Source: a virus
Lineage: Duplodnaviria > Caudoviricetes
DNA length: 27,961 bases
IMG/VR virus record: IMGVR_UViG_3300020045_003684
Coordinates: 1 to 27,961 of that record
Reading direction: 5' to 3' (one strand)
In this document: positions 1 through 7,594 of the stretch, piece after piece
How the letters are laid out: each line of letters begins with the position of its first letter
How positions within the stretch are numbered: the stretch's first letter is position 1
Position numbers and translations under genes: made by a program
Notes under the pieces: model-generated
Database searches by the model: none
Told to the model about the DNA's origin: nothing
What the model saw: the letters and a program-made list of their open reading frames with translations, nothing else

Positions 1-625
1 ATTTCAATCGGTCTTCTCTAGTAGATTGTAAATACTCTAGAGGTATATGTTTGTTATTTCTAAATGTTTTACTCCACCAATTATTTTTTTGTAGTAAAGT
101 ACTGTCAGTTAGTCTAAATCTATATGTCCATTCACCAATTCCACCATCTGATTTTACTATAGTATATGAAAATCTATCTTCGGAATCAGAATAATTTTTT
201 AACCAATCTAATATTTCTGTATCTTTTTGAGAAACACATATTAGTTTTTCTCTTTTAAAACCATCCCCAAGCCATAAGCCTATAAAGTAAGGGTCTAAAT
301 GTAAATTAGATTTTGAGTACTCTACATTAGCAGTTAAACTTTCATATTTTTTATTTTCTTTTAACCCCTCTAATAGAAGTTCTACATCTTTATCATATTG
401 AGGTAAATGATTATACTCTTTTAATTTAAGAGTATGAGCAGTAGTTACTGTATAAGGTTTTCCATATTTAGAGGTTACTTTGAAAAGTTGTGATTTTCCA
501 GTATGCAATCCTGTAACCGTTCTTTTTTTACTATCAGGCCCTAATAATTCATCACCTACAATTATGTTTTTTACAGACTTTACAGTACCATCAAACATTC
601 TAATATTAACCTCTTCTCCATGACA
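1..625 (-). mobile_element. Intein with LAGLIDADG (DOD) homing endonuclease, C-terminal part outside the window
   Basis: Block A starts at Cys (codon 625-623): CHGEEVNIRMFDGTVKSVKNIIVGDELLGPDSKKRTV. Block B His: PYTVTTAHTLKL. First LAGLIDADG helix: DPYFIGLWLGDG (~260-295). NKHIPLEYLQSTREDRLK at the edge is the usual lead-in to the second helix. Confidence 0.92.
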
Positions 626-1198
626 TCCAAATAAGTCTAACCCCATTGCATTGTTTTCATACATTGGTAGACCCATTGGTTTCTCAAACAACTGTCTTAA
701 ATATTGTCTAGCGGAAATATAAGTCTTTAATTCACCTTTACTGTTGTAACAAGATGGATGTAAGAAGTTACCTAATTTAAAATCGAGTAAATCTCTATTA
801 CAAGAAAATACATCATCATCCTCAAATCCACTAAAACCCCTAGCCTCTAACCAGTTATAAAAGAATTCCCATTCTATATCTCTTAGGTAAGGTTTGATTC
901 TTTTCTTTGGTGCAGTTTTAGGAGCATCTTCTGGTCTATGTAATATAATACCGAAGTTAACATAGAAGAATAAATTTGGAGTCATATATCTCCAAGAGGT
1001 AGATTTTATAGTTTGTAATTCAGTGTCAGTCTTATCTAAGTTGACTTTAACTTTAGCATCATCAATAGACCATAGTCCCTCAATACAACGTTTTTTTGCT
1101 AAACTCCACCACTGTACATATTTCAATGACATTGGGTGATGAGTTGGTATCTCGTCAATTAAGAAATTCTTTCTATTATTTATTCTGATTACATTCAT
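1..1198 (-). CDS. terL: Large terminase subunit (crAss-like/Bacteroidota phage type), 5' part, intein-containing; runs off the window edge
   Basis: Read manually. ATG at 1198 overlaps the upstream stop (TAATG) and the frame is open to the window edge: MNVIRINNRKNFLIDEIPTHHPMSLKYVQWWSLAKKRCIEGLW...WRYMTPNLFFYVNFG...PYLRDIEWEFF...PMYENNAMGLDLFG, then the intein. This resembles N-termini of crAss-like TerL just before the Walker A motif. Confidence 0.75.
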   Translation of the reverse strand, partial: MNVIRINNRKNFLIDEIPTHHPMSLKYVQWWSLAKKRCIEGLWSIDDAKVKVNLDKTDTELQTIKSTSWRYMTPNLFFYVNFGIILHRPEDAPKTAPKKRIKPYLRDIEWEFFYNWLEARGFSGFEDDDVFSCNRDLLDFKLGNFLHPSCYNSKGELKTYISARQYLRQLFEKPMGLPMYENNAMGLDLFGCHGEEVNIRMFDGTVKSVKNIIVGDELLGPDSKKRTVTGLHTGKSQLFKVTSKYGKPYTVTTAHTLKLKEYNHLPQYDKDVELLLEGLKENKKYESLTANVEYSKSNLHLDPYFIGLWLGDGFKREKLICVSQKDTEILDWLKNYSDSEDRFSYTIVKSDGGIGEWTYRFRLTDSTLLQKNNWWSKTFRNNKHIPLEYLQSTREDRLK

Positions 1199-1779
1199 TA
1201 TATCTTACCTGATTCACTTGCTGATTTAGATGCTCCAGCTCTTAATGAACCTTGTGATTGTTCTTGTTTTAACATATCCTTTATAAGGGATAATTGTTCA
1301 CTAAGTTTTGTAGTATTGAGCATCATTTTATCTAATTGGTCAGCAGTACCTTTTACAAGTTTAACTTTACCATTAGAAGATTCTTCATACTCATCTAGAC
1401 TATATCTTGTAGTGTTAATAAAGTTACCCCTATCCACTAGTTTTCTTTCAAATCTAACTAGTTCCTTTTCAGCTATAGTAAGACAACGTTCTTCATATTC
1501 ATCAATCAAGTGTTGTACTTCTATCCAATTAAACTTCTTATTCTCTAGATATTCATCTGCAATCAATAACTTCTTATCCTCTTCAGAAATATTCTTCCAA
1601 GGGTTAGCTTCATTAGGGTCTATTAAATAAGCAATAGCCCACATAAGTTGTGAGCTATTGTCTTTCTTCTTAGACTTATCTTCCTCAAATAAAGTATTGA
1701 ACAGTTTAATTGTTTTAAAAGAAGGATTTAAATCCCAGAAGTTTAAGTCTGGATTAAAGTTTTTAACTATTGTGGTCAT
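1198..1779 (-). CDS. Conserved phage protein directly upstream of terL (possible small terminase subunit)
   Basis: 193-aa ORF from MTTIVKNF, translationally coupled to terL by TAATG. Function is inferred from position only. Confidence 0.6.
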   Translation of the reverse strand: MTTIVKNFNPDLNFWDLNPSFKTIKLFNTLFEEDKSKKKDNSSQLMWAIAYLIDPNEANPWKNISEEDKKLLIADEYLENKKFNWIEVQHLIDEYEERCLTIAEKELVRFERKLVDRGNFINTTRYSLDEYEESSNGKVKLVKGTADQLDKMMLNTTKLSEQLSLIKDMLKQEQSQGSLRAGASKSASESGKI

Positions 1780-3253
1780 AAAATCTGGAATTATCATAAG
1801 TCATTGGCTTATTCCTAATATTAGATTCTCCTATTACACAATCTAAATCATCTATTTCTCCTTTTTTACGCCATACAAATCCAAATAAACTTCTATATTT
1901 TTTTTCTATACTTTTTTTATTTAAAGTATAATATTTTGTATGTGAAGGATGTACAGGTATTTTGTTAGAATTTCTAGCTTCATATATAGTCATGGGTCTT
2001 TTAATCTTAAGATTAATTATTGCATGTTCTTTATTGAAAAACTCTAATTTATATTCTATATTATATTCACCCCATAATTTTTCTTCATAATTATTAAACA
2101 ATACTACAGGTTGACCAATATTTATGTGTTGCATTGTACCTTGACCATGTTTTTGTTTAAATAAATAAGCACCTTTTTTACTAAAGTAATATCTATTAAG
2201 TTGTTGTTGAATTTCTCCATTGTGATAAACTACAAAATCTTTTCCAATTTTATTAGATTTACAATAATCATAAATATGTAAATCATATTTATCAGGATTA
2301 GATATAAATTCTCTAGGTGAAATATCTTTAGTATAATAAGCTTCTAAAGCTTTTGCTATTACTAATTCATCTACAGAATTTCCTAATAATGGTTTAGGAA
2401 CAAACAATCCTTTTTGTTTATATTTACCATCTTGAGTTATTGCAATATAATTATTTACATTTTTATAAATAATTTTAGAATATATTTCATGTTCTAAATC
2501 TAAATTAAATTTACTACATGTAATATCTAAAATATCTTTATATTGTTGTAATTGATTTTTTGGAACAATTACTTCAATTCCATCAGTGTTGGCTGAAACA
2601 ACTTGCCAATTATTAATAATACAAACTTCAATACATTTAGTTAATATAATTTGACCAATTAATCGTAATCTCATAGCTCCTTCAGGATAATATAACCAAC
2701 TATGTTGATTATCAATTAAACCTGATGTTGAATTAAGAATAAGTTTAAGAAAAGTATCTTTAGCTTTATCTTTAGCTTTTTTAGCAATTAATCTTTCAGT
2801 CTTAACTTCCTTATATCTATTCAATACTTCATTAAATCTTAAACAACCATAATTAATCATTAAGTTTGGATATAGTGAAGCAACATCTGATGTAATAACA
2901 ATATTATCTTCAGTTGTTTCATATTGTTCATTTTCATTAACAGAATGTAAACCACCAATACCATATGTTAATTTAATAGATGTATTTGATTGATTAACAA
3001 CTAATTCTTTACTAAAACTATTTTTAGAATTTAAAATATCAAACCATAATTGTTTAAATATAGGTAATTGAAATTCTGGATCAAAATCATGTAAACATTC
3101 ATTTAAATATAAAGTAGGTTTTTCAAATCGTTCTTTTCTGACATCATTTACATATTTACCTGTAATTCTACAATAATCTTGTAATAATGCTTCAGAAGCA
3201 ATCTTAGGTGCATCATATGACCAACAATTAAGTTTATATTCTTTTATCTCTTT
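1763..3253 (-). pseudogene. Family B DNA polymerase fragment (crAss-like type): N-terminally truncated, with an unrelated NUMOD1-like C-terminal tail
   Basis: The frame stays open upstream of the track's Met2860 as far as a TAA at 3256-3254. It contains YGIGGLHS, motif A SDVASLYPN, motif B KLILNSTSG and motif C ANTDG. There is no start codon or exonuclease domain. After YNIEY (~2050) the sequence no longer looks like polymerase. Confidence 0.8.
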
Positions 3254-3271
3254 TTAAGTATCACGAGGAAT

Positions 3272-3715
3272 ATGATTACTACACATACAGTTAGAAACGA
3301 CGTTGTTTCAACACCAGAAAAAATAATGACAGAAAAATCCTGTACTTATTTTGGTGAAACTTTCGGGTGGAAGAGAGAACTTATATCCGACGAAAAATAT
3401 AAAAAGATATACAAGCACACAACACCTAAAGGATTTATATTCTTTACATATATCGGAATGAAAATAGAACATTCTAATAATTTATTTGTAAATATTGACG
3501 TATGGAACGAATATTATGGTAAGAATATTCTTATTGTTTTATCTGATTTAAGAAAATTCTGCCTTGCAACAGGTAGCGCATTTCATGCTGATCCTTATAT
3601 TCATGCAAAGAATGAAGGGCGGCGTGAAGTATTTGAGCGAATCCGCTCTTATGTCAATGTAAGTGAAAACGAGATTTACCAACTAACTGAACGATTGGAG
3701 ACTGAAGATGACTGA
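3272..3715 (+). CDS. Bbp19-like small head-module protein (C-terminal half); the AT-rich N-terminal half is probably from another source
   Basis: VLSDLRKFC...FHADPYIHAKNEGRREVFERI matches the small protein found between portal and scaffold in BPP-1-like podoviruses. Base composition changes mid-ORF (~3530-3560). Confidence 0.6.
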   Translation: MITTHTVRNDVVSTPEKIMTEKSCTYFGETFGWKRELISDEKYKKIYKHTTPKGFIFFTYIGMKIEHSNNLFVNIDVWNEYYGKNILIVLSDLRKFCLATGSAFHADPYIHAKNEGRREVFERIRSYVNVSENEIYQLTERLETEDD

Positions 3716-4568
3716 TGAAGCGATAACTGCACCTGCTGCTACGGTTGAAACGCCTGCCGCAGTAACGACAGCCGCGCCTGCTACAAGTGAACCGCACTGG
3801 TCTGGATTTAGCGACCCTGTGGATATTGGGTATCTTGACAACAAAGGATGGAAGTCGCCTGCCGATATTGGGAAGGTGGTCAAGTCTTATCGTGAAGCCG
3901 AAAGAATGCTTGGCATTTCAAAAGCCAATCCTGAACGACTACTGGTTATGCCTTCAGACTTTGAAAACAAGGATGAAGTTGATTCCTTTTACTCGAAACT
4001 AGGTCGCCCATCTGAAGCCGCTGGTTATTCGTTTCTGAAAAACGAGGCTTTTGATAAGGACATTGCCGCTAAACTGTCCGAGACTTTCCATGCGAAAGGG
4101 CTGAATGATGCGCAAGCCACTGAAGCATTAACAGCATTTTCTGAAATATCCAGCGTAAAGAAAGCTGAATACGATCAGCAAGTGTCTGAAATGACAGAGC
4201 GTGAAATTGATGAAACCAAAAAAGAGTGGGGTAATGCTTTGCAGCAAAACCTGCTTTTAGGTAATCAGGCATCTGATGCTTTAGGGCTGGATGAAAACGA
4301 TCTGAAAAACCTTGAGGCTGCTCTTGGCCCCAAAAAACTGCTTAACATGCTGGCTGATGTTGGGCGCAAGATGGGTGAGGCTCCCGCTCTTGGGCTGGGT
4401 AACAATGCTAATTCGTTTGTTGATACACCGGGTCAAGCCATGGCGAAAATGAATGAGCTGAAAGCCGATGCCAATTTTATGAATGCGCTGCTTGATGAAT
4501 CATCTGCCGGTCATGCTGCTGCCAAAGCTAAATACAACGCTTTGCGCGATTCTGCTTTCATATCTTGA
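3708..4568 (+). CDS. Capsid assembly scaffolding protein
   Basis: Ala/Thr/Pro-rich N-terminus, KSYREAERMLG, FYSKLGRP, KKEWG and H.AA..K motifs; lies immediately before the capsid gene. Confidence 0.85.
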   Translation: MTDEAITAPAATVETPAAVTTAAPATSEPHWSGFSDPVDIGYLDNKGWKSPADIGKVVKSYREAERMLGISKANPERLLVMPSDFENKDEVDSFYSKLGRPSEAAGYSFLKNEAFDKDIAAKLSETFHAKGLNDAQATEALTAFSEISSVKKAEYDQQVSEMTEREIDETKKEWGNALQQNLLLGNQASDALGLDENDLKNLEAALGPKKLLNMLADVGRKMGEAPALGLGNNANSFVDTPGQAMAKMNELKADANFMNALLDESSAGHAAAKAKYNALRDSAFIS

Positions 4569-4593
4569 CAAGTAAGTAAATACCAACTAACCT
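4565..4593 (+). promoter_or_regulatory. Sigma70-type promoter for the capsid gene
   Basis: Perfect TTGACA (4565-4570), 17-bp spacer, TAACCT (4588-4593). Confidence 0.6.
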
Positions 4594-4598
4594 ATCGT

Positions 4599-4686
4599 CT
4601 ATGGCTGGTAACGGTCATAGGCGATAACCTTCTTTTAAGGCCGCCAGTGCTTAAAAACACTGGGCCTGTCAAGTGACAGAGAACCC
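4599..4686 (+). ncRNA. Structured 5' leader of the capsid mRNA (four abutting hairpins)
   Basis: CTATGGCTG-GTAA-CGGTCATAG; GGCG-ATAA-CCTT-CTTTT-AAGG-C-CGCC; CAGTG-8nt-CACTG; GGG-C-CTGTC-AAGT-GACAG-AGAA-CCC. Confidence 0.6.
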
Positions 4687-4725
4687 GAAAACACTTTTAT
4701 TTATTGTTTTCATAAGGGGAATCTT

Positions 4726-5595
4726 ATGTCTTTTGAAATTACACAGGCGTTTAACGCCAAATACAGCGACATGGTGCAGCTCAAGCTGCAACAAAAAACA
4801 TCCAAATTCCGTCCGAATGTCATGGTTAAGTCTTACCAAGGTAAAGCTGCACAAGTTGTACAGCAAATCGGCTCCGTGAGTTCACAAGAGCGCACTTCGC
4901 GTCATGGTGATACTCAATACTCAAGCACTCCGCATGATTCGCGCTGGGTTTATCCTCGCACGTTTGACGTTGCTGATCTGATTGATGATCCAGATAAATT
5001 GCAAATGCTGATTGAGCCAACAAGCGAATACTCAACCAACCATGCTGCGGCTCTTAACCGCGATATGGATGATGTGTTGATTACCGCTGGTTTTGGCACA
5101 AGCAAAACAGGTATTGACGGTGGTACTTCCACTACCTTCCTTTCTGGTAACGTGATTGCTTCCAGCTCTTTGGGTATGACGGTTGAAAAACTGGGCAGCC
5201 TGATTGAGCTTGTTGGTACACATGAAATTGATCTGGAAACAGAACAGTTGTTTGTTGCCATTTCGCCTAAACAGCACAATGACTTGTTGAAACTTTCACA
5301 AGTAACAAGTGCTGACTTCAACGGCTCACGCCCAATCCTTGTGAATGGTCGCGTAACCGAGTTCATGGGCGCACGACTGATTGTGACTAACCGCCTTCCT
5401 GTAAACGGAAGTTCAGAGCGCCGTTGTTTGGCATGGGTTAAGTCTGGTCTTTGCCTTGGTATCTGGGGCGATGTTCAGTCAAGTGTTGACCGCTTGCCTG
5501 GTAAGAAAAATTCACACCAAGTATTTTCTACTCTTACTATCGGCGCTACCCGCGTTGAAGAGAAGAAAGTATTTGAAATCGCTTGCACTGAATAA
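4726..5595 (+). CDS. Major capsid protein (BPP-1-like podovirus type)
   Basis: 289 aa with LQQKTSKFR, ADLIDDPDKLQMLIEPTS, VTSADFN, LVNGRVTEFMG and GATRVEEKKV; RBS AGGGG; follows the scaffold. Confidence 0.9.
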   Translation: MSFEITQAFNAKYSDMVQLKLQQKTSKFRPNVMVKSYQGKAAQVVQQIGSVSSQERTSRHGDTQYSSTPHDSRWVYPRTFDVADLIDDPDKLQMLIEPTSEYSTNHAAALNRDMDDVLITAGFGTSKTGIDGGTSTTFLSGNVIASSSLGMTVEKLGSLIELVGTHEIDLETEQLFVAISPKQHNDLLKLSQVTSADFNGSRPILVNGRVTEFMGARLIVTNRLPVNGSSERRCLAWVKSGLCLGIWGDVQSSVDRLPGKKNSHQVFSTLTIGATRVEEKKVFEIACTE

Positions 5596-5606
5596 GGAGA
5601 CTGACC

Positions 5607-6110
5607 ATGGCTACTGCTGAAATTTTAAGTGACCTGATTACAAACACTGAAGCATCGCCTCGCGTGATGAACAATGTTTGCAATGAAATGGGCAAGGCGC
5701 GCATTATCTCCGGTACTTTCGAGACAACCACCTCTCTTGATGCTGCTGACATCGTGGCTCTTTGCCGCTTGCCTGCTGATGCTTCTGTCAAGTCTATCAA
5801 GTTATACCTTGATGCACTGACAAGTGGCGCTGTTGATATTGGCTTGTACACCGGCACGGTTTCTACCGCGCTGACTGTTGCTGATGTTGATGCCTACGCT
5901 GCTGCTGTTGCGATTGGCGGCGGTGCTGATAAAGCTGGTCTTGAAGTTGCTTTTGAGGCTCGTGATATTGCGAACATTAACAAGAAAGTGTACGAGGATT
6001 GCGCAGATACCGCTGGCGAGTTTAGCGACTATTGGTTGTGCATGACCGTTACGACTGACCTTGGTGCTGCCGCTACTGTCAGCTTCGTTGTTACTTTGGC
6101 CTGCGCCTAA
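5607..6110 (+). CDS. Capsid accessory (cement/decoration-type) protein
   Basis: 167-aa beta-rich protein right after the MCP with strong RBS TAAGGAG, followed by a terminator. Confidence 0.6.
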   Translation: MATAEILSDLITNTEASPRVMNNVCNEMGKARIISGTFETTTSLDAADIVALCRLPADASVKSIKLYLDALTSGAVDIGLYTGTVSTALTVADVDAYAAAVAIGGGADKAGLEVAFEARDIANINKKVYEDCADTAGEFSDYWLCMTVTTDLGAAATVSFVVTLACA

Positions 6111-6117
6111 CTTATAG

Positions 6118-6141
6118 CCCCGCTTCGGCGGGGTACTTTTT
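6118..6141 (+). terminator. Rho-independent terminator
   Basis: CCCCGC-TTCG-GCGGGG followed by TACTTTTT. Confidence 0.8.
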
Positions 6142-6150
6142 GGAGGTTTT

Positions 6151-6687
6151 ATGGCTACTGCTGATAAATATGATTTAGCGTACAAGAAAGTAACCGAGTT
6201 TGAAGCATCTGATGCTTTGGCTCTTACTGACTTGTTTCCTACCGCTGACCCTACGACTCAAAAGGTTTATAAGGCGACTGGTACACAGTTAGTTGCATTG
6301 GTAAACGCATCTGCACAAATTCCATTGACGGAAGCTGTAACGGCTGAAACTGAAACTGTTTCTGCTGCTGAATCTGGCAAGGTGTATGTTCAGACTCGTT
6401 CTTCTACGACCGTTACGTTCACTCTGCCTGCTGCTGCTGCTGGCTTAACCTACACGTTCGTATGTGGACATGCTTCAAGTGAGATTTTAATCACTCCCGC
6501 TACTGGCGATGCGATTGTTGGTAAAACTTCTGGTGCTGATGATGGCACTGGTATCGCTCCTGCCGCTGGCACTGGTATTAAAAACACTGCTGCAACCAAT
6601 GTTGTTGGCGACCATTGCACACTTGTTGCGCTGGATACAACTACTTGGTACATGACTTCTGTTGCTGGTGTTTGGGCTTCACAATAA
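6151..6687 (+). CDS. Putative head decoration/fibre protein
   Basis: Ala/Thr/Gly-rich; TVSAAESGKVY...TFTLPAAAAGLTYTFV...TLVALDTTTWY pattern typical of virion beta domains; RBS GGAGG. Confidence 0.6.
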   Translation: MATADKYDLAYKKVTEFEASDALALTDLFPTADPTTQKVYKATGTQLVALVNASAQIPLTEAVTAETETVSAAESGKVYVQTRSSTTVTFTLPAAAAGLTYTFVCGHASSEILITPATGDAIVGKTSGADDGTGIAPAAGTGIKNTAATNVVGDHCTLVALDTTTWYMTSVAGVWASQ

Positions 6688-6693
6688 AACTTA

Positions 6694-6721
6694 ACCCGCT
6701 CGAAAGGGCGGGTATTTTCTT
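6694..6721 (+). terminator. Rho-independent terminator
   Basis: ACCCGCTC-GAAA-GGGCGGGT followed by ATTTTCTT. Confidence 0.75.
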
Positions 6722-6730
6722 GGGGTTATC

Positions 6731-7594
6731 ATGGCGACTGATGTTACCCTATGTAACAGGGCTATCCAGAAAGTAGGCGGTCAACCGCTTTCTACGCTTG
6801 CTGACGATACTGAAGCGGCTCGTGCCTGTAACCGTATTTATTCCGACATTATCCTTTCCGAATTACGCGCTAATAACTGGAATTGCGTTATTAAACGCGC
6901 CATTGTGTCGTGTGATAAAACTATTACGACAGTATCAACCGCTGCTGATCCGGTATTCACTACTTCTGCCGCGCACGGCTTTTCAGTAGATGATTATATT
7001 TACATTGAAGGTCTGGACTGGGATGAAGCTGGCGACCCTATTCCTAATGGTGTTTATCGCGTATCAGCGATACCTTTAACCACCACATTTACAATTACTG
7101 ATGATGGCGCGGCAATATCGACTGTTGGTTATACTTGGACAACTTCCGCCACAGGAACAACCAATCTATCCGCTGCATGGGGCTTTACGGCTTCCTTTGC
7201 GATTCCGTCCGACTGCCTGCGTGTTATTGAGCTGAACAATTATAGTGGCTTACACGAGATTCTAGGGGCTTCTGGCAAGGGCTATGCAGACTTCTCTATC
7301 GAATCGAATCGCATCCTGACTAATTCCAATGATGACTTGGAAATCAGGTATGTCTGCACCATTCCAGTAACTGCCGGAACGACTATCACGCCTGTTCTTG
7401 ATTATCTGCTTCAGGAAGCTATCTGCCTGAAAATCGGTATCGAGATATGCGAAATTCTGACTGAAGATCAGGGCAAGAAAAATCAGTTATGGCAGGAATA
7501 CAAGATTGCCATTACTCAAGCGAAACGGTGTGACGCTATTGAAACGCCGGGCTATGCGCTTGATGAAGATGATTGGCTGAATGCACGACTATGA
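6731..7594 (+). CDS. Tail tubular protein A (T7 gp11-like adaptor) with an inserted small beta domain
   Basis: TDVTLCNRAIQKVG...ARACNRIY...LRANNWNC, AIPSDCLRVI, AKRCDAIE and the terminal WLNARL. Confidence 0.85.
   Translation: MATDVTLCNRAIQKVGGQPLSTLADDTEAARACNRIYSDIILSELRANNWNCVIKRAIVSCDKTITTVSTAADPVFTTSAAHGFSVDDYIYIEGLDWDEAGDPIPNGVYRVSAIPLTTTFTITDDGAAISTVGYTWTTSATGTTNLSAAWGFTASFAIPSDCLRVIELNNYSGLHEILGASGKGYADFSIESNRILTNSNDDLEIRYVCTIPVTAGTTITPVLDYLLQEAICLKIGIEICEILTEDQGKKNQLWQEYKIAITQAKRCDAIETPGYALDEDDWLNARL

Noticed and set aside
3241-3270. Stop-codon reassignment as the explanation for the truncated PolB
   Set aside because: The interrupting codon is TAA, which is not the codon recoded in crAss-like phages, and the AT-rich genes read through in the standard code without internal TAG/TGA.
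5550-5610. T7 gp10-style programmed frameshift at the end of the capsid gene
   Set aside because: No clear slippery heptamer, and the next gene has its own strong RBS.
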